NCBI RefSeq assembly: GCF_004765795.1
Contig: NZ_SBIV01000004.1
Coordinates: 124,001 to 188,000, forward strand
Length of the DNA stretch: 64,000 nucleotides
From: Halorussus marinus
GTDB taxonomy: Archaea > Halobacteriota > Halobacteria > Halobacteriales > Haladaptataceae
Direction: 5' to 3'
The stretch's first letter is position 1, and every line of letters starts with the position of its first letter. The translations under genes and the position numbers were made by a program. The notes beneath the pieces were generated by a model. It did no database searches and was not told where the DNA came from. It worked only from the letters and a program-made list of their open reading frames with translations. Shown here one piece after another: positions 18,725 through 28,299 of this stretch.

Positions 18725-21700
18725 TCAGCACTCGCTCCAGCCACAGGACTCGCAGGTCTTGCACCCCTCGGAGTAGTACAGCGACAGCGAACCGCAGTCG
18801 GGACACTCGGGGCTCTCGCCCGAGTCGATGATGGCCTGCTGGTCGGCCTCCTTTTCGGTGGCCGCCCCGTTCGCGTCGGCGGTCGGGGCGGTCGTCCGGG
18901 CGCCGCCGTCGGTCTCGGGGGCGGTCTCGCTTTCCTGGACCTCGTCTTCGACCTCGCTCAGGTTCTTCTGCTGGGGGTAGGCCTTCTCGACCTCGCCGTC
19001 GAGGTACCGGCGCAGCGCGGTGCCGATGGCGTCGGGGATGGAGTTGATCTGCTCGCCCTTGTCCCAGGCGACCTTCGGGCTCCGGATGCCCTGCAGTTCG
19101 TCGGCGATCTCCTGGGGGTCGACGCCCGACCGGAGCGCGGTCGAGATGGTCTTGGCGAGCGACTCGGTGAACGACGCGGTGAAGCCGCCGGAGTTGCCGA
19201 TGTTGGCGAACAGCTCGAACGGCCGGCCGTCGTCGTCCTCGTTGATGTTGACGTAGAGCTTGCCGTAGCCGGTGTCGATGCGCTGGGTGATGCCGTGGAG
19301 CACGTCGGGGCGCGGGCGCTTCTCGGCGTAGGGCTCGGCCGCTTCGCCGTCGGCGGCGCCGAGGATGGACTCGACCTGCTGGTCGAGATGTGCCTGGACC
19401 TCGTCGCTCTCGACGAAGCCCTCGATACCGCCGAAGACCTCCCGGATCTGCTCGACGAGCGCCTCGGCGGCCTCGCTCTCGTCGGCGAACTCCTTGTTCT
19501 CGGCGCGGGTGGTCAGCACCTGCTTCGAGCGCGTGCCGTCGCGATAGACGGTCACGCCCTTGCCACCGTTCTCGTAGATGTACTCGTACACTTCCCGCAT
19601 GTCCTCTTTCGTAGCGTCGTTGGGGAAGTTACAGGTCTTCGAGATGGCCGAGTCGACGCCCTCCTGGCAGGCACACTGGACCGCGGCGTGGTCCTTGCCC
19701 GCGAGGTCGCTGGTGACGACGAACAGCTCGCCGATGGCGTCCGGAACGGTGTCGAGCCCCTCGACGCCGTCGAACTCGTTTGCCGCCATCTGGTCTTGGG
19801 CCTCGCGCTTGACCGCTTCGACGTCGATGTCGTTGTCCTCCAGCGTCCGGAGGAAGTAGTCGTCGAACTCCACGAGCATCTCGTCGCCCTGCACGTCGTC
19901 GGAGACGTTCTTGTAGTAGGCGACGTTGTAGATGGGCTCACAGCCGCCCGTGGTGTTGCCGACCATCGAGGTGGTGCCGGTCGGCGCGATGGTCGTGGTG
20001 TTGTGGTTGCGCATCGGGAAGCCCTCGGCCCACTCGTCGGCGTCGAGGCCGGTCTGCTTCTCGAACCACTCGCGGTACTCGGTCGGGTTCGCGTACTTGC
20101 TGTCGGCCCAGTCGTTGAACGGGCCCCGCTCTTGGGCGAGCTCGTGGGAAGTCCACTTGCTCTCGTTGTTGATGTACCGCATCAGCTGGCGGGCGATCTC
20201 GTTGCCCGCCTCGGAGCCGTACTCGACGCCGAGCTGGATGTACAGCTGGGCCAGCCCCATCACGCCGAGTCCGATCTTGCGCATGTCCCGGACCTTCTGT
20301 TCGATCTTCTCGACCGGGAAGTCCGACATCGTGACGACGTTCTCAAGGAACCGGGTGCCGTACTCGATCCGGTGGTCGAAGTCCTCCCACGCCATCGACT
20401 CGGCGAGGAAGGCGTCGACCGCCTGCTCGAAGCCGTCGTACTCGTCGCCGTGCTCGTCGTACCAGACCCGCCAGTCGGGCGCCTCCTGATCGGCCAGCGT
20501 CGAGAGGTTGATGTGACCGAGGTTACACGCCTCGTACTCCTCTAGGGGCTGTTCGCCGCAGGGGTTGGTCGCGAGGATGCGGTGGTCGGGGTGTTCCTCG
20601 ACGTCGAACGAGTGTTCTTTGTTGACCCGTTCGAGGTAGATGACGCCGGGCTCGCCGTTCTCGTGGGCGCCGTCGATCATCCGGTTCCAGATGAGCTCGG
20701 CGGGGACCGACAGCTCCTCGCCGACCTCGACGTGCTCGCCGAGGTCGAACATCTCGTAGAGCTCCTTGGTGTGTTCGGTCGCGACGTGGGGTTCGCCGGT
20801 CCGAGGGTTGGTGAACGTGAACTCCTCGTCGTTTTTCACCGCCTCCATGAAGTCGTCGGTCACGCCGACCGAGATGTTGAAGTTCGAGAGGTGGCCCTCG
20901 GCGGCGTTCCGGAGGTGCTTGGGGACCCGGCCGTCCTCGTCGATGAGCTCGCGGGCCTCCTCCAGAGCGTCGACGAAGGAGTTGTGGGTGTAGTCGTCGG
21001 GGTCGTTGAGCCGGAGGGTCCGGGCGAGGCTCACGTCCTTGTTCTTGGCGTGGATGAACTGGATGACGTCGGGGTGAGAGACCCGCATGACGCCCATCTG
21101 GGCGCCCCGACGGGCGCCGCCCTGCGCGATGGTCTCGCACATCTGGTCGTACGTGCGCATGAACGTGATGGGGCCCGAGGCGATACCGCCCGTGCTCCCG
21201 ACCGCGTCGCCGTATGGTCGGAGCCGCCAGAACGCGTAGCCCATGCCGCCACCCGACTGGAAGACCTGCGCGGCCTCCTTTGCGGTCTGGTGGATGTCGT
21301 CGATGTCGTCGTCGGGCGAGTCGACGAAGCAGGCCGACAGCTGTTGGAGCTCGTCGCCCGCGTTCATCAGCGTCGGCGAGTTCGGCATGAACGAGAGGTT
21401 CGCCATCAGGTCCTCGAACTCCTCGCGGACGTCCACGACGTGGGTCCGGATCTCCTCGGGGAGCTCGGGGACGACGGTGTCGTACGCGAACTTGTTGACG
21501 TTGTACACCGACAGCTCGGTCTCGGCGTCGTCCTCGACGGTCGTACCTTTCCCGAACACCTCGGCGGCGAGCTCGTCCCGACGGGGGTGGTCGGGCTTGA
21601 GCTGGTCGGGCGTGACGGTGACCGTCTCCTCGCGCTTGTCGGCCTCGTAGACGGCCTCCGCCAGCGCGATGTTCTTCGCGACTCGGGGAAACAGATCCTC

Positions 21701-21862
21701 TTGTTCCTCGATGAGGTCGCCGTCCGCGTTCTTCCGGAGGTACCGGGCCGGAAGGATGTTGTGGTAGGCGTTGTCGGTCAGTCGCTGTTCGATCGTCTCG
21801 CCATCGGTCCGTTTGATGGGTAGCGTGAGTTCGTCGGCCGAGAGTTCGCCCGCGCCGCTCAT
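18725..21862 (-). CDS. nrdJ: Class II (adenosylcobalamin-dependent) ribonucleotide reductase
   Basis: PNSPTLMNAG, LSACF, QGGARRGA, TNPCGEQ, ACNLG, IAPTGTTS, DSAISKT; C-terminal CPDC…CKTCESCGWSEC; no intein visible. Confidence 0.96.
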   Translation of the reverse strand: MSGAGELSADELTLPIKRTDGETIEQRLTDNAYHNILPARYLRKNADGDLIEEQEDLFPRVAKNIALAEAVYEADKREETVTVTPDQLKPDHPRRDELAAEVFGKGTTVEDDAETELSVYNVNKFAYDTVVPELPEEIRTHVVDVREEFEDLMANLSFMPNSPTLMNAGDELQQLSACFVDSPDDDIDDIHQTAKEAAQVFQSGGGMGYAFWRLRPYGDAVGSTGGIASGPITFMRTYDQMCETIAQGGARRGAQMGVMRVSHPDVIQFIHAKNKDVSLARTLRLNDPDDYTHNSFVDALEEARELIDEDGRVPKHLRNAAEGHLSNFNISVGVTDDFMEAVKNDEEFTFTNPRTGEPHVATEHTKELYEMFDLGEHVEVGEELSVPAELIWNRMIDGAHENGEPGVIYLERVNKEHSFDVEEHPDHRILATNPCGEQPLEEYEACNLGHINLSTLADQEAPDWRVWYDEHGDEYDGFEQAVDAFLAESMAWEDFDHRIEYGTRFLENVVTMSDFPVEKIEQKVRDMRKIGLGVMGLAQLYIQLGVEYGSEAGNEIARQLMRYINNESKWTSHELAQERGPFNDWADSKYANPTEYREWFEKQTGLDADEWAEGFPMRNHNTTTIAPTGTTSMVGNTTGGCEPIYNVAYYKNVSDDVQGDEMLVEFDDYFLRTLEDNDIDVEAVKREAQDQMAANEFDGVEGLDTVPDAIGELFVVTSDLAGKDHAAVQCACQEGVDSAISKTCNFPNDATKEDMREVYEYIYENGGKGVTVYRDGTRSKQVLTTRAENKEFADESEAAEALVEQIREVFGGIEGFVESDEVQAHLDQQVESILGAADGEAAEPYAEKRPRPDVLHGITQRIDTGYGKLYVNINEDDDGRPFELFANIGNSGGFTASFTESLAKTISTALRSGVDPQEIADELQGIRSPKVAWDKGEQINSIPDAIGTALRRYLDGEVEKAYPQQKNLSEVEDEVQESETAPETDGGARTTAPTADANGAATEKEADQQAIIDSGESPECPDCGSLSLYYSEGCKTCESCGWSEC

Positions 21863-21945
21863 GCGTGGGCCACCTCGGGTGTCTGTCCGGCGATTCCGGT
21901 CTCTGCGAAACGTGTCTTGCGATTCATTCGTGACGGAGATTCCAT
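21859..21945 (-). CDS. Possible short leader ORF coupled to nrdJ
   Basis: MESPSRMNRKTRFAETGIAGQTPEVAHA*; GGAGGA before its ATG; stop overlaps the nrdJ start (ATGA). Confidence 0.3.
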   Translation of the reverse strand: MESPSRMNRKTRFAETGIAGQTPEVAHA

Positions 21946-22268
21946 TCTAAGTCCTCCCAAATAACGCTTTGCTTTCCTGCTTTCGTTACTCCAACTGTAC
22001 TTGTACTGCGATGCCTCTGGCGGAAATTGTAGCCGATCGCGAGTGGTCCGTGCGCCGACACGCGGGCCGGAACTCGCGGCGTCTTCGCGTCTACCTCACC
22101 TTGGGGGCGGGGCATAATAAGAGTATGTAGACCGGAGCGAAAGTGGTCAGAATCCGGACCGGATCGGCGTCGCTCGGCGTCGTACGCCCGCAGTCGCTGG
22201 GTTTTTCGACCTGTCGGGATACTCGGCCGGCCGACACGTTTACGGTGTCCGGGTCTCGTCTTTCGGTC

Positions 22269-22445
22269 ATGATAGCTCCGGTCGCCGAACTGGTCGCGAC
22301 CCCGGTCGGCAAACTCCTCGTCGGACTCGTGGTCCTCGCCGCGGTCGTGCTCGTCGGTCGAATCGTCCTCAGCGTCGCGTGGAAGCTCCTGCTCGTCGCC
22401 ATCGTCGTCACGGGCGCGGTCTACACGGCGGGCGTCCTGCTGTAG
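22269..22445 (+). CDS. Small two-TM membrane protein (58 aa)
   Basis: MIAPVAELVATPVGKLLVGLVVLAAVVLVGRIVLSVAWKLLL…; typical codon usage. Confidence 0.75.
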   Translation: MIAPVAELVATPVGKLLVGLVVLAAVVLVGRIVLSVAWKLLLVAIVVTGAVYTAGVLL

Positions 22446-22480
22446 AGAGGGGTCCGACCGGCGGGGCTGTCGGGGCACCG

Positions 22481-23116
22481 CTACGCCACGCCGTCGAGGA
22501 AGTTCCGGATCACGTCGTGGCCGACCGCGGTCAGGACGCTCTCGGGGTGAAACTGAACGCACTCGATGGGATGCTCGCGGTGGCGCACGCCCATCACCAG
22601 CTCCTCGCCAGCGTCGGACTCGCTCGCGTCCGACGAGTCGACCGACGCGTCGGTCCCGGCGGACCCGTGATACGTCGTCGCGGTCACCTCGAAACACTCG
22701 GGAACCTCGGTGGCGATCAGCGAGTGGTACCGGCCCGCCCGGAACCCCTGATCGAGTCCCCGGTAGACCCCGCGACCGTCGTGGTCGACCGGGAACGCCT
22801 TGCCGTGGATCGGCTCGGGCGCCCGTCCGACGGCCCCGCCGTAGGCGTAGACGGCGGCTTCGAGCCCGAGACAGACCCCGAGCGTCGGCACGTCCGGGCT
22901 CACCTCCCGGAACACGTCGTTGGTCACCCCGACGTCGCGGTCGTTGGCCGGGTGGCCCGGTCCGGGCGAGACCACGATCGCGTCCGGGTCCGCCTCGCGG
23001 ACGTCGGCCAGCGACGCCGTGTTCCGGACGACCTCCGTGTCGGCGTGCTCGCTCGTGTACTCCACGAGGTTGTACGTGAACGAGTCGAAGTTGTCGACGA
23101 ACAGCACGTCGGTCAT
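22481..23116 (-). CDS. trpG: Anthranilate synthase component II
   Basis: DNFDSFTYNL, SPGPG, LGVCLG, RYHSL, VQFHPES. Confidence 0.96.
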   Translation of the reverse strand: MTDVLFVDNFDSFTYNLVEYTSEHADTEVVRNTASLADVREADPDAIVVSPGPGHPANDRDVGVTNDVFREVSPDVPTLGVCLGLEAAVYAYGGAVGRAPEPIHGKAFPVDHDGRGVYRGLDQGFRAGRYHSLIATEVPECFEVTATTYHGSAGTDASVDSSDASESDAGEELVMGVRHREHPIECVQFHPESVLTAVGHDVIRNFLDGVA

Positions 23117-24705
23117 CGGCTCACCTCCGGCGGCGTGGCGGTCTCGATCCGCCTGAGCGCGGTCAGGACGCCGTCCATCTTCTGTTCGGTCTCCTCGTAC
23201 TCGGCGGCGGGGTCGCTGTCGGCGACGATACCCGCGCCCGCCTGCACGGTGACCCGGTCGAGGTCGTCCCCGACCGCGTCGTGTTCGACCGTCGCAGTCC
23301 GGATGACGATGGCGAAGTCGGCGTCGCCGGTCCACGAGTAGTAGCCGACGCCGCCGCCGTACAGCCCCCGCGGCGAGCGTTCGAGGTCGTCGATAATCTC
23401 CATCGCGCGGATCTTGGGCGCGCCCGACAGCGTGCCCGCGGGGAACGACGCCCGGGTCGCGTCGAAGGCGTCGGCGTCGGCCGCCAGCCGGCCGGTCACG
23501 GTGCTCTCGATGTGCTGGACGTGACTGTACTTGAGCACGTTCATGAACTCGTCGACGCTGACGCTACCGGGCTCGCTCACCCGTCGGACGTCGTTGCGCG
23601 CGAGGTCGACGAGCATGGTGTGTTCGGCCCGCTCCTTGCCGTCGGCGAGCATCTCGCCCGCGAGCCGGCGGTCCTCGACCGGGCTCGACCCGCGCGGACA
23701 GGTGCCCGCGATGGGGTTGGCCATCACCTCGTCGCCGCGGACCGACACCAGCGTCTCGGGGCTCGCGCCCACCACCGTCAGGTCGCCGTGGCCGAGCAGG
23801 TACATGTACGGCGAGGGGTTCACCTCCCGGAGCGCCTCGTAGAAGCCGAGCGCGTCGATCTCGCCGTCGAGTTCGCGCTTGCGGGAGATCACGCCCTGAT
23901 AGATGTCGCCGTCGAGGACGTGTTCTTTCGCGGTCCGGACCGTGTCCTCGTACTCCTCGCGCGGGCCCGCGGTCTCGCCCTCGCGGACGAACCCGCCGGT
24001 CTCGGGGGCGTCGGCCGCCCCCAGGCGGTCGGCCACGCGATCGGCCTCGGCCCTGAGGTCGTCGTACACCGCGCCGGGGTCGTCGTCGGGGCCGACGACC
24101 GGCGTGAACACCAGCGAGACCGTCTCGGCGAGGTGATCGAACGCCAGCGTCTTGGTGTTGAGCACGAACTGGGCGTCCGGGAACCGCGAGTCGGGGCGCT
24201 CGACGCCGACCTCGTCGAGCCAGAGGTCGTAGACCGCGTCGTAGGCCAGAAAGCCGACGAGCCCGCCGTCGAACCGCTGGCCGTCCCCGTTCTCGAACCC
24301 GCGGCGATCCGCGTCCGGGAGCGCGGTCCGGAGCGCCTCCAGCGTCTCGCCCGACCGCGCGGGCGAGACGTGCGCGGCGGCCCGGCCACCGAGCGACTCG
24401 ACGCGCACGTCGTCGGGGTCGACGGTCACGACGGCGTCGGGGTCGTACCCCACGTACGAGTAGCGGGCGTGGCGCTCGCCCGACGAGTCGGGGGAAAACG
24501 CCCCGTCGGGATCGCTGGAGGCGGTCTTCTCCGCGCTCTCCAGCAGGAAGGCGTACTCAGAGCGGTCGGTCTCGGTCGAGCGCCCGGTCAGCGCGGCGTA
24601 CGCCGACAGGGGTGCGGTCTCGACCCCGAGTTCGGTCCCGACGCGCACGACCGCGGGATCGTCGCCGCTCGCGAGCTCGACGAACCGCTCTCGGTCCGGA
24701 TTCAT
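23113..24705 (-). CDS. trpE: Anthranilate synthase component I
   Basis: FLLES, NPSPYMY, PIAGT, KERAEHTMLVDLARND, FPAGTLSGAPK. Confidence 0.97.
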   Translation of the reverse strand: MNPDRERFVELASGDDPAVVRVGTELGVETAPLSAYAALTGRSTETDRSEYAFLLESAEKTASSDPDGAFSPDSSGERHARYSYVGYDPDAVVTVDPDDVRVESLGGRAAAHVSPARSGETLEALRTALPDADRRGFENGDGQRFDGGLVGFLAYDAVYDLWLDEVGVERPDSRFPDAQFVLNTKTLAFDHLAETVSLVFTPVVGPDDDPGAVYDDLRAEADRVADRLGAADAPETGGFVREGETAGPREEYEDTVRTAKEHVLDGDIYQGVISRKRELDGEIDALGFYEALREVNPSPYMYLLGHGDLTVVGASPETLVSVRGDEVMANPIAGTCPRGSSPVEDRRLAGEMLADGKERAEHTMLVDLARNDVRRVSEPGSVSVDEFMNVLKYSHVQHIESTVTGRLAADADAFDATRASFPAGTLSGAPKIRAMEIIDDLERSPRGLYGGGVGYYSWTGDADFAIVIRTATVEHDAVGDDLDRVTVQAGAGIVADSDPAAEYEETEQKMDGVLTALRRIETATPPEVSR

Positions 24706-25370
24706 GGCTTGGGGGCCGGCTCGGCGCGCTCGGCGTTCGTCACGAACGACGCGACGGCTTCGGGGTCTTTCCGGCCGCCCGCGGTCTCGTCGGGGTCCTC
24801 GCGCTCGACGCCGCTGGCGACGTCGACCGCGAAGGGATCGACCGCCCGGACGGCCGCCCCGACGTTCTCGGGGGTCAGCCCGCCCGCGAGCACGACCGGC
24901 GAGTCGAGGTCGGCCGCGACGTCGGCGGTCCGGTCCCAGTCGTGCGTCCGGCCGGTCCCGCCCGCGCCGTCGGCGTCGACCGAGTCGACGAGCAGCGCGT
25001 CGGCCACCTCGTCGTAGCGCCGCGCCCGCTCGGGATCGGCGGCGTCGACGGTCTTGAGCACCTTCGCGTCGACGCTAGAGGTCAGGTACGCCAGATCGCC
25101 GACTTCGAGGTCGCCGTGGACCTGGACGGCGTCGACGCCGACCGTTCGGGCCAGTTCGGCCACCGACCCGGGGCTGTCGGACATCGTCACCAGCACGGTG
25201 GTCACGAACGGCGGGGCCGCGGCCGCGAGGTCGGCCGCGACCCTGGGGGCGATCTCCCGCGGGGAGTCGACGGGAACGTCGACGAGGAGTCCGATCGCGT
25301 CGGCGCCGGCCTCGACGGCGGTCCGGAGGTCCTCGCGTCCGGTGATCCCGCAGATCTTCGCGCGGGTCAT
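24702..25370 (-). CDS. trpF: Phosphoribosylanthranilate isomerase
   Basis: KICGIT, VQVHG, GGTG…DW, LAGGLTPENV, DVASGVE. Confidence 0.96.
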   Translation of the reverse strand: MTRAKICGITGREDLRTAVEAGADAIGLLVDVPVDSPREIAPRVAADLAAAAPPFVTTVLVTMSDSPGSVAELARTVGVDAVQVHGDLEVGDLAYLTSSVDAKVLKTVDAADPERARRYDEVADALLVDSVDADGAGGTGRTHDWDRTADVAADLDSPVVLAGGLTPENVGAAVRAVDPFAVDVASGVEREDPDETAGGRKDPEAVASFVTNAERAEPAPKP

Positions 25371-26371
25371 GCCGTCACTGGCTCACAGAGCTGTTCGAGC
25401 TTCTCGGTCGCGTCGCCGTCGTCGATCGCCTTCGCGGCGCGCTCGACGCCGTCTTCGAGCGAGTCGGCCTCACCAGCGACGTAGATCGCCGCGCCCGCGT
25501 TGGCGAGGATGATGTCGCGTTTCGCGCCGGTCACCTCGCCCGCGGCGATGCCCCGGAGGTCCGCGGCGTTCTCCGCGGGACTCCCGCCCGCGACCTCGGC
25601 CACGTCGTGGCGGTCGAGCCCGAAGTCCTCGGGAGCGAGGGTGTACTCCTCGATCTCGTCGCCCCGGACCTCCGCGACCGCGGTCTCGTCGTGGACCGCG
25701 ATCTCGTCCATGCCCGAGCCGTGGACGACCAGCGCGCGCTCGACGTCCATCTGCGCGAGCGATCGGGCGAGCACGGGCACGAGGTCCGGATCGTAGACGC
25801 CGACGATCTGGCTGTCGGCGCCCGCCGGGTTGGTGAGCGGGCCGAGCACGTTGAACACGGTCCGCATCCCGAGTTCGCGCCGCGGGCCGATGACCGCCTT
25901 CATCGCGGGGTGGAAGACGGGCGCGAGCATGAAGCCGATGCCGTCGGCCTCGATGGCGGCCTCGACCGCCGGCGGTTCGGCGTCGATCTGGACGCCGACT
26001 TCCTCTAGCACGTCGGCGCTCCCGGACGACGAGGACACCGAGTAGTTGCCGTGCTTGGCGACCGGAACGCCGGCGCCGCTGGCGACGATCGCGCTCGTGG
26101 TCGAGACGTTGATGGTCGAGTAGTCGTCGCCGCCGGTGCCGCAGGTGTCGACCAGCGGCGACCGGTCGGGGTCGATGGTCCGGGCGGCGTCGCGCATCCC
26201 CCGTGCGAACCCCGCGATCTCGGTTTCGGTCTCGCCCTTCGCGCGGAGGGCGGCGAGCAGTGCGCCGATCTGGGCCTCGGTCGCGTCCTCGAAGACGGCG
26301 GCGGCCGCCTCGCGGGCCTCCGCGAGCGTGAGATCCTCGCCGTCGGTGACGCGTTCGATGTATGTTTGCAT
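25367..26371 (-). CDS. trpD: Anthranilate phosphoribosyltransferase
   Basis: DTCGTGGD, NVST, KHGN.SVSS.SGSADVLE, FNVLGPLTNP. Confidence 0.97.
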   Translation of the reverse strand: MQTYIERVTDGEDLTLAEAREAAAAVFEDATEAQIGALLAALRAKGETETEIAGFARGMRDAARTIDPDRSPLVDTCGTGGDDYSTINVSTTSAIVASGAGVPVAKHGNYSVSSSSGSADVLEEVGVQIDAEPPAVEAAIEADGIGFMLAPVFHPAMKAVIGPRRELGMRTVFNVLGPLTNPAGADSQIVGVYDPDLVPVLARSLAQMDVERALVVHGSGMDEIAVHDETAVAEVRGDEIEEYTLAPEDFGLDRHDVAEVAGGSPAENAADLRGIAAGEVTGAKRDIILANAGAAIYVAGEADSLEDGVERAAKAIDDGDATEKLEQLCEPVTA

Positions 26372-26383
26372 TTTAAATCACCA

Positions 26384-26430
26384 ATGTACGTCTTCGTCTT
26401 ACGATGAACATAATCGTACATCTACTTAAG
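26384..26430 (-). promoter_or_regulatory. trp operon promoter with inverted TGTAC boxes
   Basis: ATGTACG (26384-26390) and CGTACAT (26415-26421) form an inverted repeat just downstream of a TTAAGTA TATA-like box on the minus strand. Confidence 0.55.
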
Positions 26431-26540
26431 GATGTCGGGGTCGGCGGCTCCGCGACGACGCGCCGAATTGCGGCGGGAGACGACCTAATCTTCGACCTTT
26501 AGGATCGGCGGCTCTGAAATCGCCCGCCCGCGTCGTAATT

Positions 26541-26557
26541 CGAAAGGTTCATTTATA
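26541..26557 (+). promoter_or_regulatory. BRE/TATA promoter of tRNA-Val
   Basis: CGAAAGGTTCATTTATA about 40 nt upstream of the mature tRNA. Confidence 0.65.
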
Positions 26558-26597
26558 CCCGCGGACAACGAGTGGATGCGTTCGAGATAGGCCGCAT

Positions 26598-26671
26598 GGG
26601 TTTGTGGTCTAGTTGGTTATGACACCTCCTTGACATGGAGGAGGCCGGCAGTTCAAATCTGCCCAAACCCA
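26598..26671 (+). tRNA. tRNA-Val (GAC)
   Basis: Acceptor stem GGGTTTG/CAAACCC+A, anticodon arm CCTCC-TTGACAT-GGAGG, T loop GTTCAAATC; no intron, CCA not encoded. Confidence 0.97.
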
Positions 26672-26785
26672 CTCCCCTTCGTTTTACCGGGATTCCCCGC
26701 TCGTACGGAGTCTCGTGCATTCGGCTCCGAACACCGACCCACTGCGATCACTCGATTTATTGAGTCGGTGTCCGTATCCGAGAGC

Positions 26786-27274
26786 GTGTCCTCCACCACA
26801 CGCCGTTCGGTGCTCGCGGCGCTCAGTTCGGCCGCCGTCGTCGCCACCGCGGGGTGTTCGTCGATTCGCTCGGACGACCCCCCGGCTGGGAGCCTCCGGT
26901 TCGTCAACGATGACGACGTCCCGCACACGATCACGATGGGAGTCACCGGCGTCGGCGACGAACCCGGCGACGGCGCCGGAATGGTAGACGGCGACCCCGT
27001 CGTCCCGCCCGCCCAGCGAAATCTGACCGCTGGCACGTCGATCGAACCGGGCGAGAGTTCGACCTACGAGAGCGTCTTCACGGAGCCGGTCTGGTACGCG
27101 GTCCGGTTCACCGTCGACGGACGGGAACCCGAAAACCAGACGGGCGTGACGGCGTTCCGCCCCTCCCCGACCGACAGCGCGGCCGGGAACACGTTAGCGG
27201 GGAAGATCTACGAGTCGGGCGAGTTTTCGTGGATCGTCAGCAGTACCGACGACGCCGGTTCGTTCGGCGAGTAG
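26786..27274 (+). CDS. Tat-exported lipoprotein, unknown function
   Basis: TRRSVL twin-arginine motif, hydrophobic stretch, TAGC lipobox, beta-rich acidic body. Confidence 0.8.
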   Translation: MSSTTRRSVLAALSSAAVVATAGCSSIRSDDPPAGSLRFVNDDDVPHTITMGVTGVGDEPGDGAGMVDGDPVVPPAQRNLTAGTSIEPGESSTYESVFTEPVWYAVRFTVDGREPENQTGVTAFRPSPTDSAAGNTLAGKIYESGEFSWIVSSTDDAGSFGE

Positions 27275-27363
27275 GCGGACTCCTCGCGGGACGACGTGAA
27301 CTCCGCTGCGAAGACGCGACGACCGACCTGTATAGCTAAGTGACACAACCGCCAAGGACTCGC

Positions 27364-27984
27364 ATGGCTTCTCGACTCCGAGGTGCCACCGGTTTGGCGG
27401 TCGGTCGGGTGCTGAGTGGACTCGCAGTCCTGTCTGCGGGCGTCGCAGTCGCGATTCTCGCGTTCCCCAATCCGCTCGCGGACGTGTTCTTCACCGGGAT
27501 CGTAGCGCTCGGCGTGGTTTTCGCGCTCGTCGGCGCGTTCGGCGCGTGGACGAACCGGACCGCGTTCGCCTGGGCGGGCGCCCTCCTGCTTGCGGGACTT
27601 TCGGTCGCGGGACTGATGTCGATCGGGTTCGTCCTCGCACCCGCCGCAGTCTTCCTGCTCGGCGCCGCGCTCTGCTCGCAACTGGCCGGCCCGCGGATCG
27701 ATGTTCGCGAGGCGATCGTCGCCGATCCGCCGACGGTATCGGAAATAGCTCTGAAAGCCCTGATCGGCACCGTTTCGGTCGCCGCCGGAGCGGGGGCGGG
27801 ATACGCCGGCGCCGTCAGACGGGATCTGTTCGGGGCGTGTGCGACCGAAACGCTGGAGTGTGCGCTCGCGAAGGCGAACTGGGCCGGGATCGGAACGACC
27901 CTGCTCGGCGTGGTCGCGATCAGCCTCGGAGCGTGGCTCGTCTGGAGACAGATCTACGTATCACGCGTGCTCGCATCGGCGTAG
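27364..27984 (+). CDS. Multi-pass membrane protein, unknown function
   Basis: About 6 hydrophobic segments; C-x5-C pair in a loop (CATETLEC). Confidence 0.7.
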   Translation: MASRLRGATGLAVGRVLSGLAVLSAGVAVAILAFPNPLADVFFTGIVALGVVFALVGAFGAWTNRTAFAWAGALLLAGLSVAGLMSIGFVLAPAAVFLLGAALCSQLAGPRIDVREAIVADPPTVSEIALKALIGTVSVAAGAGAGYAGAVRRDLFGACATETLECALAKANWAGIGTTLLGVVAISLGAWLVWRQIYVSRVLASA

Positions 27985-28065
27985 ATCGAATCCGACCCGC
28001 GTTCGCGTGTCAGCGGCCGGTCGACGAACGCGGCGCCTCGGGGGAATCAGAACCGAAAGCGAGGG

Positions 28066-28158
28066 CAAAGAAAGGGGACGGAACGACTGCAGGGCGGCAG
28101 GAAGCGCGTCGGTGGGTACCGGGGGACGGTTTCGGGTGGTGGGACGCTCTGCCGCCAC
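28066..28158 (-). ncRNA. Candidate small RNA with a C-rich loop
   Basis: Minus-strand purine-rich BRE-like run plus ATATATTA (28178-28185), stem GGCGGCAGAGCGTC…GACGC-GCTTC-CTGCCGCC, TTTCTTT run; no credible ORF. Confidence 0.45.
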
Positions 28159-28299
28159 CGGAAACGTGATTCTATTCTAATATATGTCTTTTGTCTCGTT
28201 CACGGCGCTCGCGACCGACGCCGCCGGACAGAGCCACCGCAGATCTACTTCCGAAACGGCGTCGACGGCTCTCCGGTCGGTCCGACGCGTCGTCGGCCC

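Noticed and set aside
18725..21862. Intein in nrdJ (also checked rtcB, both cdc48 genes and radB)
   Set aside because: Lengths are ordinary, conserved motifs are contiguous, and no C…HN splice junction or LAGLIDADG block was seen
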